This document shows positions 24,940 to 37,202 of a stretch of DNA of 64,000 nt, piece after piece. Position 1 is the stretch's first letter. Every line of letters begins with the position of its first letter. The notes under the pieces were generated by a model. The model was given only the letters and a program-made list of their open reading frames with translations, was not told the DNA's origin and ran no database searches. Position numbers and translations under genes: made by a program. The DNA is from Ophelia neglecta (taxonomy: Eukaryota), in NCBI GenBank assembly GCA_965285935.1, contig OZ260661.1:61752001-61816000 (forward strand), given 5' to 3'.

Positions 24940-25797
24940 CTGCAAAAAAAAATTGTAACAATTTTAACATTTTTATTAGAGCATCATTGACAAACTCTGT
25001 AAATTTTTAATTCTCACAATGTTACCTCTCAAGTGGATAATACAATCTGAATATAACACTATATTTGGAGAACAGATTATGCACACAGTGGAAATGCATC
25101 CCCCCAGACAGCCTCAATAGGTTTACAGAGATAATTGAGGTTTGCTGACCAGTTGGAGACAGGCTTTCAATGCTAGGGAAAACTAGCTCCCTGACCCTGC
25201 TCCTACCTCCCTTTACTAAGTGCCTTTAAAATGGAATATGACAAGTGTGTCAACTGGTCTCAAAATTACATAGAAACAAATTGGCTTAAATTTCAGTGGA
25301 AAATCATATTTTCCTCTTTGTTTTACTTTTTTCTGAGCACCACTAGGCAAAATGAGCAATTGTCCAAAGACCATTATCTGACAGTTAGCGCATTAAAAAC
25401 ACTAATTTACTGGACACTATTATGCTTACATTTTAGGAGCACCGTTATCAATTATGCATTTCTGTTGTATACAATATCTCATTGTACCTGTCATGTTTGC
25501 TAAGCTTTTAAAATATCTGTTTAGGGTATACATCAGAAATTTGCAAGTCAGGATTCGTAAAATATGAAGGTTTCACTAGACTTAGGAGGACACTGGATTT
25601 TGGGGTATAATGATCAATGTGTAATAAAAACATATTTCTACATTTCAACTCCAAGAAAGCACCAACTCGAGAACTTTCCATGTAAAACACACTTCATAGC
25701 TAATAAAAAGTTATGTACACCAGGGGTAGCACCATATTTTATTCACTGAATGACCGTTCATTGAATGTCATTATTTTACTGATTAGAAATGACTTAC

Positions 25798-26196
25798 AGA
25801 GTTTGAAAAAGGTTCACCAGATTCTGATATTGCATTTGATACACTGATAATCCTGCCTGCTTTTGCTTGTAATAATCCGGCTGCCACGCTTGATCTTCTT
25901 TTAGTGTTTAAAAGTCTCAAAATATAATCTGGAGTTTTCGGTGTGAGGGGTGGAGTGGGTTGGTACAATACTTCAGCTTGTTCAGATGCCACACTAGATT
26001 CTGTGTAGCCAGAATCAATATTTTCTAGCAAAGGAAGTTTGAAAGAAGGACAGTCCTGAGTGATGTCCACAGGAAAATTCTTCAAAACACCACTTTCAAA
26101 CTTATGCGTCTGCTTCGAGAAGAGTGAAGGTAAACTGGTTGAATCTATATGACCTAAATGGCTTTTGTTATCCAACAGTTCTCTTAACGACTTCAT
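25798..26196 (-). CDS. RGS12: candidate alternative first coding exon of RGS12 (133 aa, isoform lacking PDZ and PTB)
   Basis: GCACCATG Kozak context; 399-nt open frame ending exactly at TCT|GTAAGT, phase 0, compatible with the 24939 exon. Confidence 0.65.
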
Positions 26197-27312
26197 GGTG
26201 CTTAAATTTCACATGTCACTTTCAGTCTCTCTTTACAGTTCATGGTAGAATCTTATTTCATGGGTATCCTGCACTGATTTTTGCTCTTTGTATTCCAGGA
26301 ATAGGCTTACCAGCTTCACAAATTCACTGTTATGTTCTTTTAACTGAAATAGTTCATGGCAGATGCCTCTGGCTACATAAGCTCTCAAGTTATTACACCC
26401 GACAGTAAAACAACATTAAGTCCTCCTCAGAGTTCTGCCTCCCCTCCTTTAGAACCAGTTGACATTTCCACACTCTTGGTAGAGATGATGACTGCCTACC
26501 TGACGCCAGTGGTGGCCAGCGCAGGTCTGAATTCAGACTGTTTTGTGATAAAGACCTCATGGAGAGCCTTTGTACCTGCTAGTGGCTGAGGCCAGCCATG
26601 GCTACAGCTTTGATCAGTCTCCAATTCACAGAGGAAGAGCTCATTATTCTGGTACCAACGTAACTTATCTGATTTTCTCAATTTCAACCCACTCAGATGC
26701 AGCTAATTAAATGCATTGTTCTATTCCAAGACAAAAGGCTATGATTTGCCATGCCTCTTATGAGATCATCACTTGGTTATCAAAATAAATAAATAGAAAA
26801 AACACTTGCATCCTGATTTAGATTCACACTTCCGAGAATGATGCATGTAAGGCTAACTGCTAATGACCAATTATAAGTGTAAACTGGGATAGCAGTTTGT
26901 CCGGTGTAACATCTTGCCCTGCTATTGTTTAGTTGCTAATTATCTCAAAACTAAAACGCATAAATAGTCCATAATACACACAGTTCCATCAACCCACAGA
27001 ATGAAATTTTATTCCTGAATTGCAGACCTCCCAGTCAAGTCAGTTATATAACCATTCCAAAGTTGAAACATTTCTCCGAGCCATGTAAAATATTAACAAA
27101 CAGGTACATGGACATTGTGCTCAGTTTAATGAAATCCTGATTAACGACATTATGTTGCTCATTGTAACATGTGATTACATCATGATATTACAACCTAACT
27201 GTTCCATGTTTGGATTCCATTAAATGGCTTTTGAATCAACATGTTATCTTTTCTTATATAGTCAGTTTAAAGTAAAGTCATAACACATGCATTGGTCTCT
27301 ATTCATTGTATA

Positions 27313-27487
27313 CAGTGAAACCTGTGAATAGAGACCACCCAAGACACTATAAATATTAGTCTGATTACAGAGGTGGTCTGATTAGACAGGTTGCTTATCA
27401 TTAAAAGTACATTGTATGGTTTCATTTTACTGGTCTGAATTGACAGGTGGTCTGAATACAGAGGTGGTCTAAGGGCAGGTTTCACTA
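27313..27487. mobile_element. MITE, same family as 18508-18685, opposite orientation
   Basis: TA|CAGTGAAACCTG ... CAGGTTTCACTA|TA; internal AGGTGGTC repeats. Confidence 0.8.
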
Positions 27488-27514
27488 TATACCCATTAAC
27501 TATGGATTCTTATA

Positions 27515-27693
27515 CAGTGACACCTGTCTAATCAGGTCAGTCAAGGGACTGGAAAAAACTGACCACATTATGCAGCAGTCCTTAATAAGCAGGTTAGTTA
27601 ACACAGGCATAAATGGGGATTGGCCTTTCATCAAGTGACCTTAGTGGGCAGGTGACCTATTTGCACAGGTGACCACAAACACAGGTTTCACTG
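27515..27693. mobile_element. MITE, related subfamily, 27 bp from the previous copy
   Basis: TA|CAGTGACACCTGT ... ACAGGTTTCACTG|TA; internal CAGGTGACC repeats. Confidence 0.8.
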
Positions 27694-28962
27694 TAACACC
27701 TAGCATTCTCTTGCCTCAATTTTCTGTCACTCATTCATATTTACTTAATTTTGTTTCCCGAATACCTTCTATATTGTTCATTTATATTATTGCCTTACAT
27801 TTAATTTATAGTGTTGTGTGATTTGCATGATTGTTAATATTTTCATTGAATTCATTGAACTGTATTGAATTAATTAAGAAAGAACCCTATAAACATGTAT
27901 TTGGCAAAATAAAACATAAATTCAAAGTATATGCCAAAACAAAGTCCTAAATAGTTCATCTACTTAATTTACCTTAGTTTAAAAATAACACTTTGTTTGC
28001 AAATTCAAAATATCTGTGATAAAAAGCCACTTGAGGGAATTTAAGCATATTACTATGAAACTGGACTAAATTTGGAATTGGTTTTCATGTACATCAGCTT
28101 ATAGCCACAGTTAGCTGAGCTATTATGTAAAAGTACCAAAGAGAGAATTGTTTCAGTTCCACCCGGAATTGAATGGTTTAAGCAGGTAGGTTAAGGTAAT
28201 TATTTAAGCCAAGTTGAGGGAGGGTATCAGATTCAGGATCAATTTCACCAACCTAAGTTTGACTGCTACCAAATGGCATATACAGTATACACACAAAGTA
28301 CTTTCAGTAAATAATATATGGGTTCAATCTAGTTCATAAACAAAGTGCCAAGATTCCTTACCACTTAGCTTCCATGGCAATAATAACAAGTAGTATTATA
28401 ATGATATGTAAAATTGGGCGACTGGAGTGAGGTGCAGTGGTGAGAGTGGACCACATGACTGGGGCCTTTTTGACATCTTTGGATGGCTTCTTTATAGTTG
28501 GTAAAATGGTGCTCCAAGCCTGTGTATATAATTGTTGTGTACTGGAAACAGGAATTATTATTACAAATTATTTTGATGTGAGATTAGCTTATTCTTTATC
28601 ATAAGAAAAATCTGGATTTTAATGTCAGCGTTTTGGGATGTGCTGCTTTTCTACACTGAGTAGTGGGAATGGGAACCCTCCTAACCTCCCCTCTCCCCAA
28701 GGTACTGTATGTAAGCCCTATGATTATTGGTGTCCAAATACTAAAACACACACAAAAGGGCATCCATTCCTAACCCTCAAGTTTATTTTTGTGATATCAT
28801 TATTTCAATTAAATGTCTATTTACATGTATATCCATATAAGTGTGGAATATCAAACTACTTATTACACTTGATTTTATTCTATTCTCTCCAGAATCAGTA
28901 AAATGTCTGCTTTATTAGTTTGTTTTGCTTTGCGAAAGCATGTGACAAGGAATCAATTACAT

Positions 28963-28990
28963 ATTATTATTATTATTATTATTATTATTA
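28963..28990. repeat. (ATT)n microsatellite, about 9 units
   Basis: Perfect ATT run. Confidence 0.95.
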
Positions 28991-29240
28991 GAATGAAATT
29001 TTGATCTTGGACACATGGACTTTCATCTAATTAATAACAAGACCTATCATTCCAGGCTTTGAAGCTAATGCCAGACTAGTAGACTGAGCCTAGTAAAAAG
29101 TAAACCAGCCTAGGAAGCTTCACGGTAAATAAATCCCATTACAGATAAGAGGCATATGCCAAATCTGCTTTCGCCTGATAAATGAAAAAAATTAGCTTCA
29201 AAGCCTGTCATTCTGATCAAATGCAAAGAGTTTCACTCAC

Positions 29241-32015
29241 TTGTTTATGCAAGTTGAAGCCCTCAGAGCGTCTTCTGTATTTGCTCTCAGTGGTTTTGTT
29301 GGCTGGAGTTTTAATTTCAGACACCTGATTTGTCCATTCCCCCACATCCATTAACGACTCTGCATAGCTGCTGAGCTCTCCTGGGTCAGAGTCATAGTCC
29401 TCGTTATTACTCTGCAGGGAAGACTCCACCTCTCGGAACGGAGGGGTGGATTTTGGTCTTTCTGGGTGTTGTGGGGTGCGTATAGGCGTTTTGATTCCAG
29501 AACGCATTGGCATGGGCTTCCTCTCCGGGAGTGGGGGGCGAGAGGCAGAACCTGGCCCCTTCTGTCTGGAAAAAGCACTGATCCCATCAGGCATAGCCCC
29601 GAAGCCACTGAGACGGGTACCACCTGGAGTCTGAGCGGTGATCTGCACAGGCTTGCTCCCCGGGGTGTCCACCGACTGAGTGCTATTGGTAGGGGCTGAG
29701 CCTCTGGAGGGGGTCTGCATTCTCTCCCTACCCGGGGGAGCTGGAGGCAGCGCTGGATTCATTACCGGCTGTCTAGGCTTCTTGATCTCATCAGATCCCA
29801 CAGGGTCACCTCGTGGACTCAGCTTCTTGGGTACAGGTTTCTGGTCAGAGTTTTGCTGGGTAATGGTGTGCAGACTAGAACTTGACTTGCTCGATTGTGA
29901 ATTTCTTGGAGGAAGTGGGGGTGGAGCTTGATCTGATGATGATCTCAAGTTTGACTGAGAGCTGGTGGTGCTGATCGGCAGCACAGGTACAACAAATTGA
30001 GTATTACCCTGACTAGACTCGGATCTCACAGACTCTGCATCGCTACCTGAAGGGTTTTCTGATGTTTTCTGCCTGGTTCTTAACATCTTATGCATGCTCT
30101 TGCGCAAATTGTCAGCACTGCTTTGCTGCTCTAGAAGATCACCAAAGCTGCCTGACATGTTGAAGCCCCGGGGGTTAGGCATTGCTCGGATGTTTAGCCT
30201 GCCCATTGTAGCAGAGCCTGGAACACCACTGGAATTGAGGCTGGAAGAAGTGGTGTCCATGGTGGACGAGAGAGCACTCGGCTCCCCCGAGCCCGGAACG
30301 ACCCTCTCGCCTGTTGATAAGAGAATGGAGCTGGCATCTCTGGAGCTATACATACTGGAAGCTAGGCTTGAAGAGGGAGTCACATAGACAGAATTGTCGG
30401 CAGAAGAGCAGCCTGTGCCAGAAATATCATGCTCTTGGTGCATCTCAACAACACAGACTTTGTCTGTTACCCCCCCAGGATCATTCTCATCATTGCCAGT
30501 ATTGCCCAATCCATGTCCACTGTCACTGTTACTACTGGTGCTTTCATTCCTCTGATGCTGATGAGCAAAGTTAGGACCGGCAAATGCACCTATCTGAGCT
30601 AGTTCAGCCTGTCCATAAATAGATTGTCTCTCATGATACAGCCTAGCAATACACTGAACAATAGGTGTGGATGAGCGAGGAAATTCTAAACACTTTTTAG
30701 TTTCAGCATGTACCGTGCAGCTAAATCCAAAAATTCTCGCTTTGCCAGCATGAGCTGAATGAGCATGTAGTTCTGGGTCCACCATGAAAACATGGCAAGA
30801 GCTACCACTGAAGCCATCTTCAAGAGTCCCTTGGTCAGTGGGGGGACCATCCCTTTTTGAATTGTGCAGAGTGACAACCCCAAAAAACCTTATATCATCT
30901 GGGCAGACTCCGCAGAAAGCTACCCTATCAGAAGGATACTGTGCGATGGTACAGCTCATTGTATTAATCAGTTTCACTCCATCTCCACTCACTTCCATCA
31001 GAACCAAGGTATGGATTTTTTGTTCAACTCTCAACCTTCTAACTGCACCACGTATTGATTGTAGACGGGAGTTAGGCAGCTTACGATCTCTGGGCATCTC
31101 AATAGAGCCGGCATAGCCAACCACCACCCTCAAGTCCTCCCCAACATACCAACACTCCTCAAAGTCCTCCTCAGACACTCTGGGGCTGGGGTTAATGTTA
31201 GGGGTGTGATGCCGGTTGGCTATCTGGGGATGTACATAGGGTTGGTGGTGACCCATACTTTGTCTGTTGTCTACCGCAGCTAAAGGAGCCTTTGGTGGCA
31301 GATCGACCGGAGTGAGAAATCCTCCCTCGGGGGTGCTCTGGCTTTTCTGGATACCTAACCTGGCCTCGCGGGTTATAATAGTATGTTTGGTGTTAGGACT
31401 CCTATACCGGATTATGCCATCATTTGAACTGATATGTTTAGCTTGCTTGGGCACAGCACCGCCATTGATGCGAGGGTTGACATTTTCATTGCCTTTTGAT
31501 CGGTTCTTCTGGTACCTTTGCTCAAACTCCCTACCAGGACTCAAGGCCCTGGCTCGAAGTTGTTCATACAAGTAGTCCTTCTTGTTACCAGAGTATTTGT
31601 TACCTCCGGAGTGGGGTGGGGCATACATGTCATCAAGAGCCCTCCCCTTGTGTCCCTCTCTCCGTCGGGCTCGGTTGGGGTACTTAGATTTGGGCCGGTT
31701 CTGAAACTCATCATCAGACGAATCTGAGCTGTTGTAATTCTCGGCTATTTGCAAAACCAACAGTCCACTGCTCGACCCTACTAATCTCACTACATCGTCA
31801 TGGGAAGACTTGGAGACATTCAGTCCATTGGCAGAGATAAGGAAGTCTCCTGTTTTAAGTCCAGCCCTGTCGGCGGGGCTGTTGGTCACAATAGAACTGA
31901 GAATACATGGGTGCTGTCCGGAGATGGTGAAGCCGTAGCCACTCTTGCCTCTCATCACCTCCACGGCTCTCAGCCCGTGGGTATGCCGCTTCTTCCTTCT
32001 CCTTGGCTGATACAT
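29241..32015 (-). CDS. RGS12: RGS12/loco first coding exon of the long isoform: PDZ, PTB and long low-complexity linker (925 codons)
   Basis: PDZ: VEVMRGKSGYGFTISGQHPCILS...ADRAGLKTGD. PTB with RGS12-type motifs VGYAGSIEMP, FCGVCPDDIRFFGVVT, SSCHVFMVDPEL and CLEFP. Acceptor just upstream of GCCATG (32019 or 32023); donor CAA|GTGAGT at 29240. Confidence 0.96.
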
Positions 32016-35000
32016 GGCCTACCTTAAATAGAAACAAAACCATTATAATATATCATTAGCACAGAACATAAAAATAACATTAAGGTAAATATTTCTATTT
32101 AGAAACAAGATCAGGCTTTGACCCTTACATCAGAATACTAGACTGGGTGTAGTAAAAATTTGGCCAGTTTAGTCAACGACAAGGTACACTAGTCCCTTAA
32201 CAGATGTGAGGCACAGGCCAAATCTCAATAACAGATGCCTCAGTAGAGAAGTTAGCTCCAAAGCCTCTAAGATAATAAAGTAAACAAGCTTTTTAAAAAT
32301 TTTACACAAGGAAAATATCAAGTAGCAACTCCCACTACGCTGTACGAGTAAGCAGGAAATCTCTGTGGTCTATACTACAAGGATGTTACCACTTTCCGGG
32401 ATTTCCTCAGGATATCTGTTTCACACAGTATTATTTATTCCATGTGTACGTATACATTGGATGCAGACTATACATGGACATGTATTTTTCTTAATCAATC
32501 ACATGATGATAAAAGTTCAATTGAGATAGAGTTTCTTGTGCCTAGACAACTCCATTGTGCTGCAGTTTGTGTGTATTTTTTTACGGACTGCCGTAGCATG
32601 TTTAAATGTAATGAATCTTGTTGGCCTTTAAGCTGTCATATGTGTACATGGACAGTCCTTATATATAGACAAGGTGTGGGTCACCTGGACTCATCTACAA
32701 GCCTTGTCCATCACTTCTGGTTTTGGTAGGTGCACTAAATTGAATATACTCCATATTTACACACTAGTTCCAACACACTATACAGTCATCAAGGTGTTGT
32801 ATTTACATTGCTAATGACTAGATATTGCATTTGGATCTCACAGCAAAATCTAAGCTTAAGAAGTATTGATCAAGCATGCCTTCTGGGACTATTTCTTTTG
32901 GCCTGAAATCTAATTGTGATGTTTTATTTGCTTGCATGTATACTCATTAAATCATCCTGTACAGATACCTGAATTGTGTGTCCAGGTGCCATGATGAAGG
33001 GAATACAGTATTCACCTATTTGTACTAATATCATGCCATATTCATTCAAAAAATGATGCTGCATAGCACACTAAAAAACAGTATTAAAAAGTGTTTACAA
33101 TACCATATCATATACACTGGGTAAACACCAAAAGTCTAATATGCAGCACACATCCTTCTAATTGCACACATATATATAAACATATGACAGATCTGCATGT
33201 ATATTAGTACACATGTGCATGTACATTGCATGCAATGTGACTGAAATACAATCATGACACACTATTATGAAGAACTGTGTGTCAGTTAGTCACTAACAAC
33301 TTTCAAATTATACCTCCTTGTTTTCATGGCAACATTTGTAACATATCACCGCCGTTTTCAAATATACATACAATTATGTTGGACAACTTTTTGGAAAAAT
33401 CTAAAATAGATATACTTCCTGCCTGAATTTGATAGTACATGCTTCTCATTTAATGTGAAGTTACTACAATTAAAAATATAAAGGTGAAAGACAATGAAAA
33501 AAACTTCAAAGAATGGTGGTGAACTTAAATGACTTCAACTCCCACTAGGATGGCAACTGATGACATCTCAACAGAAACTTGATGAGTGGGAAGTTAACAA
33601 GTCTTTCACTTATCTTGTTATCGAGTGGTATTAATTTCATCAATATTTTTAATAAATAAAATTTGCCATACTTACAATTTGATAAAACTCATATAAATGC
33701 CACCAAACTTAAAGTTACTGTGTCCATTCACCTTTTAGCTTGAAATGTGAAGGTAAGTATTGCTTTGATTTTTCCCATCTGAATGAATTCACTTGACAGT
33801 ATACAGGGATGTTATGGACCTAATGGTTTAAAAGGGGACCTTTGTACCTTCAATTGAAATGTGTTTAACCTGGCACACTTGAAGGAGAATGCAGCAGCAC
33901 AGTGACGGTTAATGTTTTTCAAACTTATCAACTATAGCCTTATCATTTAAAAGGCTAATCATGGCCTATGACAGAAAGCAACTTGTTGACATTATCCTGG
34001 TATTTTTTACCTAAGAACATCAAATCAAATATTGATGCACCTTACAATTATATATTCAGAAGATTTCTTTCAGCATATAATCAGGTAAAAATACCATTCA
34101 GTAAAAAAATTCAGGAAATGTTGCCAAAGCAAACTTAAAGAGAACCTGATATCAATGCATGCGTCAGAAATTTCCAAGGGAAATGCATGTAAAGGTATGC
34201 AAGACAAACACTATTTGGCTTGTGACTGAGGACAGATCAAAGATTGTACAAGAAATATAGTCAAACACACAGAGATGTACCTACTGAGATCCATGCTGTA
34301 AGGCACACAACACTCAGAGTTTAACTCCCAGCCCTGTTATTACTCTAATGATTTACAATACATGGTCCAGTGCTCTAGGTGCAACTGAATAACAGTCAGC
34401 TCAGAAATTACTTGTTGTAATCAAAACGATTCAAAGCTGCATTGAAAACTATAAATAATTCTATTGATGGATTTGGCACTCATTCAATATATGCCTTACA
34501 CCATGGAAAGCCAAGTAATCACATTTTGTTGACTGTGGTAAAATATCAACCCATGACACTATGATCCACCACTGTACTTATATTACACTAGGTCAAGGTA
34601 GTGCCAGTTTTGCTTTTGTTATCATTAGTCTTATTTACATAGTTCACCACAAAAGTGCATGTTTTTTTCTCTATTATTTACAGATATATACACTTACATG
34701 TATATTACTTCATTCAAATGACCAACTGATAGCTTATCAGTTCAGAAAGTTGCCATGCCAATGAAGGCTAATGTTGTATCTTCCTAGTATTCTGAGTAAG
34801 GATTTGGAGAGTTACCATTTTCACCCATCTGGGTCTTTAATACTATATTTTAATGCTTTGTGAACTTATTTCAAAATGACAAGGTTTACAAATAAGTGTT
34901 TGAGTAGTAATAAGTAACAGGAAAGCAGCTGAACGCCAACAAGGATAACAACATAGAAAAAGAGTCAAAGCCATTGTGAATTTTTTTTTACCAATCTCAA

Positions 35001-36575
35001 ATTTATTTGTCTGTGCCATTACATTACCACTATATGAGATGATTATGACAGTCATTCTGAGAAGTCAAATCCTCGCTAGATAGCCTATAGATACAATGCA
35101 GTGTAAACTGATCAATTTGCCATGGCAGGTCTATGAAACCCTGGTCAAGTGCTTGTAGAGCCACACAAGTTATTATGAAGCAGGGGCTTACCGGTACCGT
35201 GGTACCGTAACTGAGTTCTGCAGTGTCTTGGGGACAATGCAGACCCTGGGCATGGTGTACCTGGTCACATATATACAAACTGTCATGCACCCTCACTTAT
35301 TGACAAAATTTAATAAATTTGAAAGTCCAGACAGTATTTCCTACTTTGACAGAAATGAAAAACACAGTGTGATATTATGTACATATCCCACTAATGCCCC
35401 AATTATGAATTAAATGATCTATTTTGGACATAATTAAGTATAATAAAATACATAAGTGTCAACTGACTTTAAAACAATTGGAACAGGAGTTGTTTTAGTC
35501 CTTTAAAATGATTTGTTTCCGATTACCCAACTAACACTCAAAATTACCCCAAAACCTAATTTTTTCAGACGCGCCCAATTTTTCACCCATCTTTTACAGG
35601 TAAATACCGCAATGGACACCCACAAGTTTCAGGTGGTTCAAGGTCTGCTTGCCACAGCCATCGAGTTAACAGTAATCAAAAGTACATAGTTTCAGTGCAG
35701 ATCCCGCCTCTTTGTGAAAACCACTTATTCTCTCTGTTGAGTCCGAGCCGTCATGGCAATTGTGATTTCAGGCCAGTTCAAACATTATGGATTTCATGGG
35801 GTATAAATGCTACTAAAATTGGATCTAATTCAATCAAACCTGATAACCTAACAGAAGTTATAAAACAGCACCAGATTAGTTGAAAATTCTACATAACCAA
35901 GGCCGCTGCCAATGATAACTCCATGCACACAAAAATAAATGTGCCTACCTGCTGAACAGGAAAACTAAAATGGTGGGGCCATTTAAAACAGCATGCAGCT
36001 TTGATGTGTTGTGATTTATTTCCATATCCAAAGCATTGAAATGTGCCACTAAGGCAAATATTTTTTTCATGAACATTTCAGTTACAATTCAAGAGCCAAT
36101 GGCGAGTGGGCAAGTGCCAAGCTTCATCACTGATCTATCATTTTCTTGCTGAGCCAACCGTGATATAGGGAATACTACTGTTGTTACCATATATCCACGA
36201 TATACCCTACCATGATAAGTCAATAAAAAGTTTTGGCAAAATTTAATTATTTACTGAGCTACTGACCCTAGTTTTTTATGGCATATAATTGGAAACAAGC
36301 ATATTTTTCTAGGCCTTATCTTGTATTAACTGGAGTACCCCTGCTCTTGTATGCACCCATGAAACACCACTTTCTGCTTTGCTTTCAATTACCCATAGAA
36401 AAATAATCATGCAAGTGGGTGCTTACATGAAGGGCATACTAAATCCGAGTATGCTGTTACATGTCTATGCTGTTAAACCTAAAGTGATATGTTGGGTTTT
36501 GGTTAGGGCTTACATGAGTTGTGTTTAATCCCATGTCCAAACAGACTCCAATATATCTTATTTCTTCAACATATT

Positions 36576-37061
36576 CAGAGATTTTGTTACCTCTGCGTTC
36601 TGCGTTATTGGCGCATAAAATTATGAAATAACGCATGAAACTTCTTGCAGTGCGTCCCATACGGCGCACTCTAAAACCCAGCTTTGCGTCCGTCGTGTAC
36701 GGGTGATTGAATACGATCCTGTCCGTAATGCGTAAGCAGGTAAAGTTATGATGGAGTTTTCCATCCATACCGGCCGAGACCCACGGAAAGTAACGAACGG
36801 TGATCGCTACACTTCGTAACCAATGAGCGGCCAGCAGCAGTGGGCGAAAATAGAGGAGCGTTTCAGTTGCTAGCCGTCACCAGCCACTGCAGCAAAGATG
36901 CCTCCGAAGAAAAAATTGATTGCGTGTGTTAAAAATACGAATAAGTACTCTGATGGGACTCATTAATGTGACCTGGGACTCATTAAATTTTCCCAGGACT
37001 CATTGCAATAAATTCAGTGAGTCCTAGGACTCATTGATCTCAATTTGTAACAAAATCTCTG
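36576..37061 (+). mobile_element. 486-bp non-autonomous DNA transposon (hAT-like termini) with perfect 15-bp TIRs and 6-bp TSD
   Basis: CATATT|CAGAGATTTTGTTAC ... GTAACAAAATCTCTG|CATATT; four GGACTCATT subterminal repeats; CpG-rich interior. Confidence 0.88.
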
Positions 37062-37120
37062 CATATTATTCAACCCTGCCATTGCCAACTTGTGTGAATG
37101 TGTGTGTTTGTGTGTACGAA

Positions 37121-37202
37121 GGGTAACAAGTCAACTCAGCCCCCAACGTGCTTGCCCCCTAAACAATCGGCCCCCGTAAAATGCCTTTCATCTCAGCCCC
37201 TG
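37121..37202. repeat. short (A/G/T)GCCCC-motif repeat cluster, probable transposon subterminal fragment
   Basis: CTCAGCCCCC, CTTGCCCCCT, ATCGGCCCCC and CTCAGCCCCT within 80 bp; no partner end found. Confidence 0.35.

Noticed and set aside
26496-26687. 63-aa minus-strand ORF upstream of the alternative exon
   Set aside because: Non-ATG start, and stops in all frames separate it from the 26196 ORF; at most a uORF or leader.
29351-32043. Many 60-110 aa ORFs overlapping the large RGS12 exon (also 9169-9733)
   Set aside because: Shadow ORFs on the antisense strand or in alternative frames of GC-richer coding sequence; no recognisable motifs.
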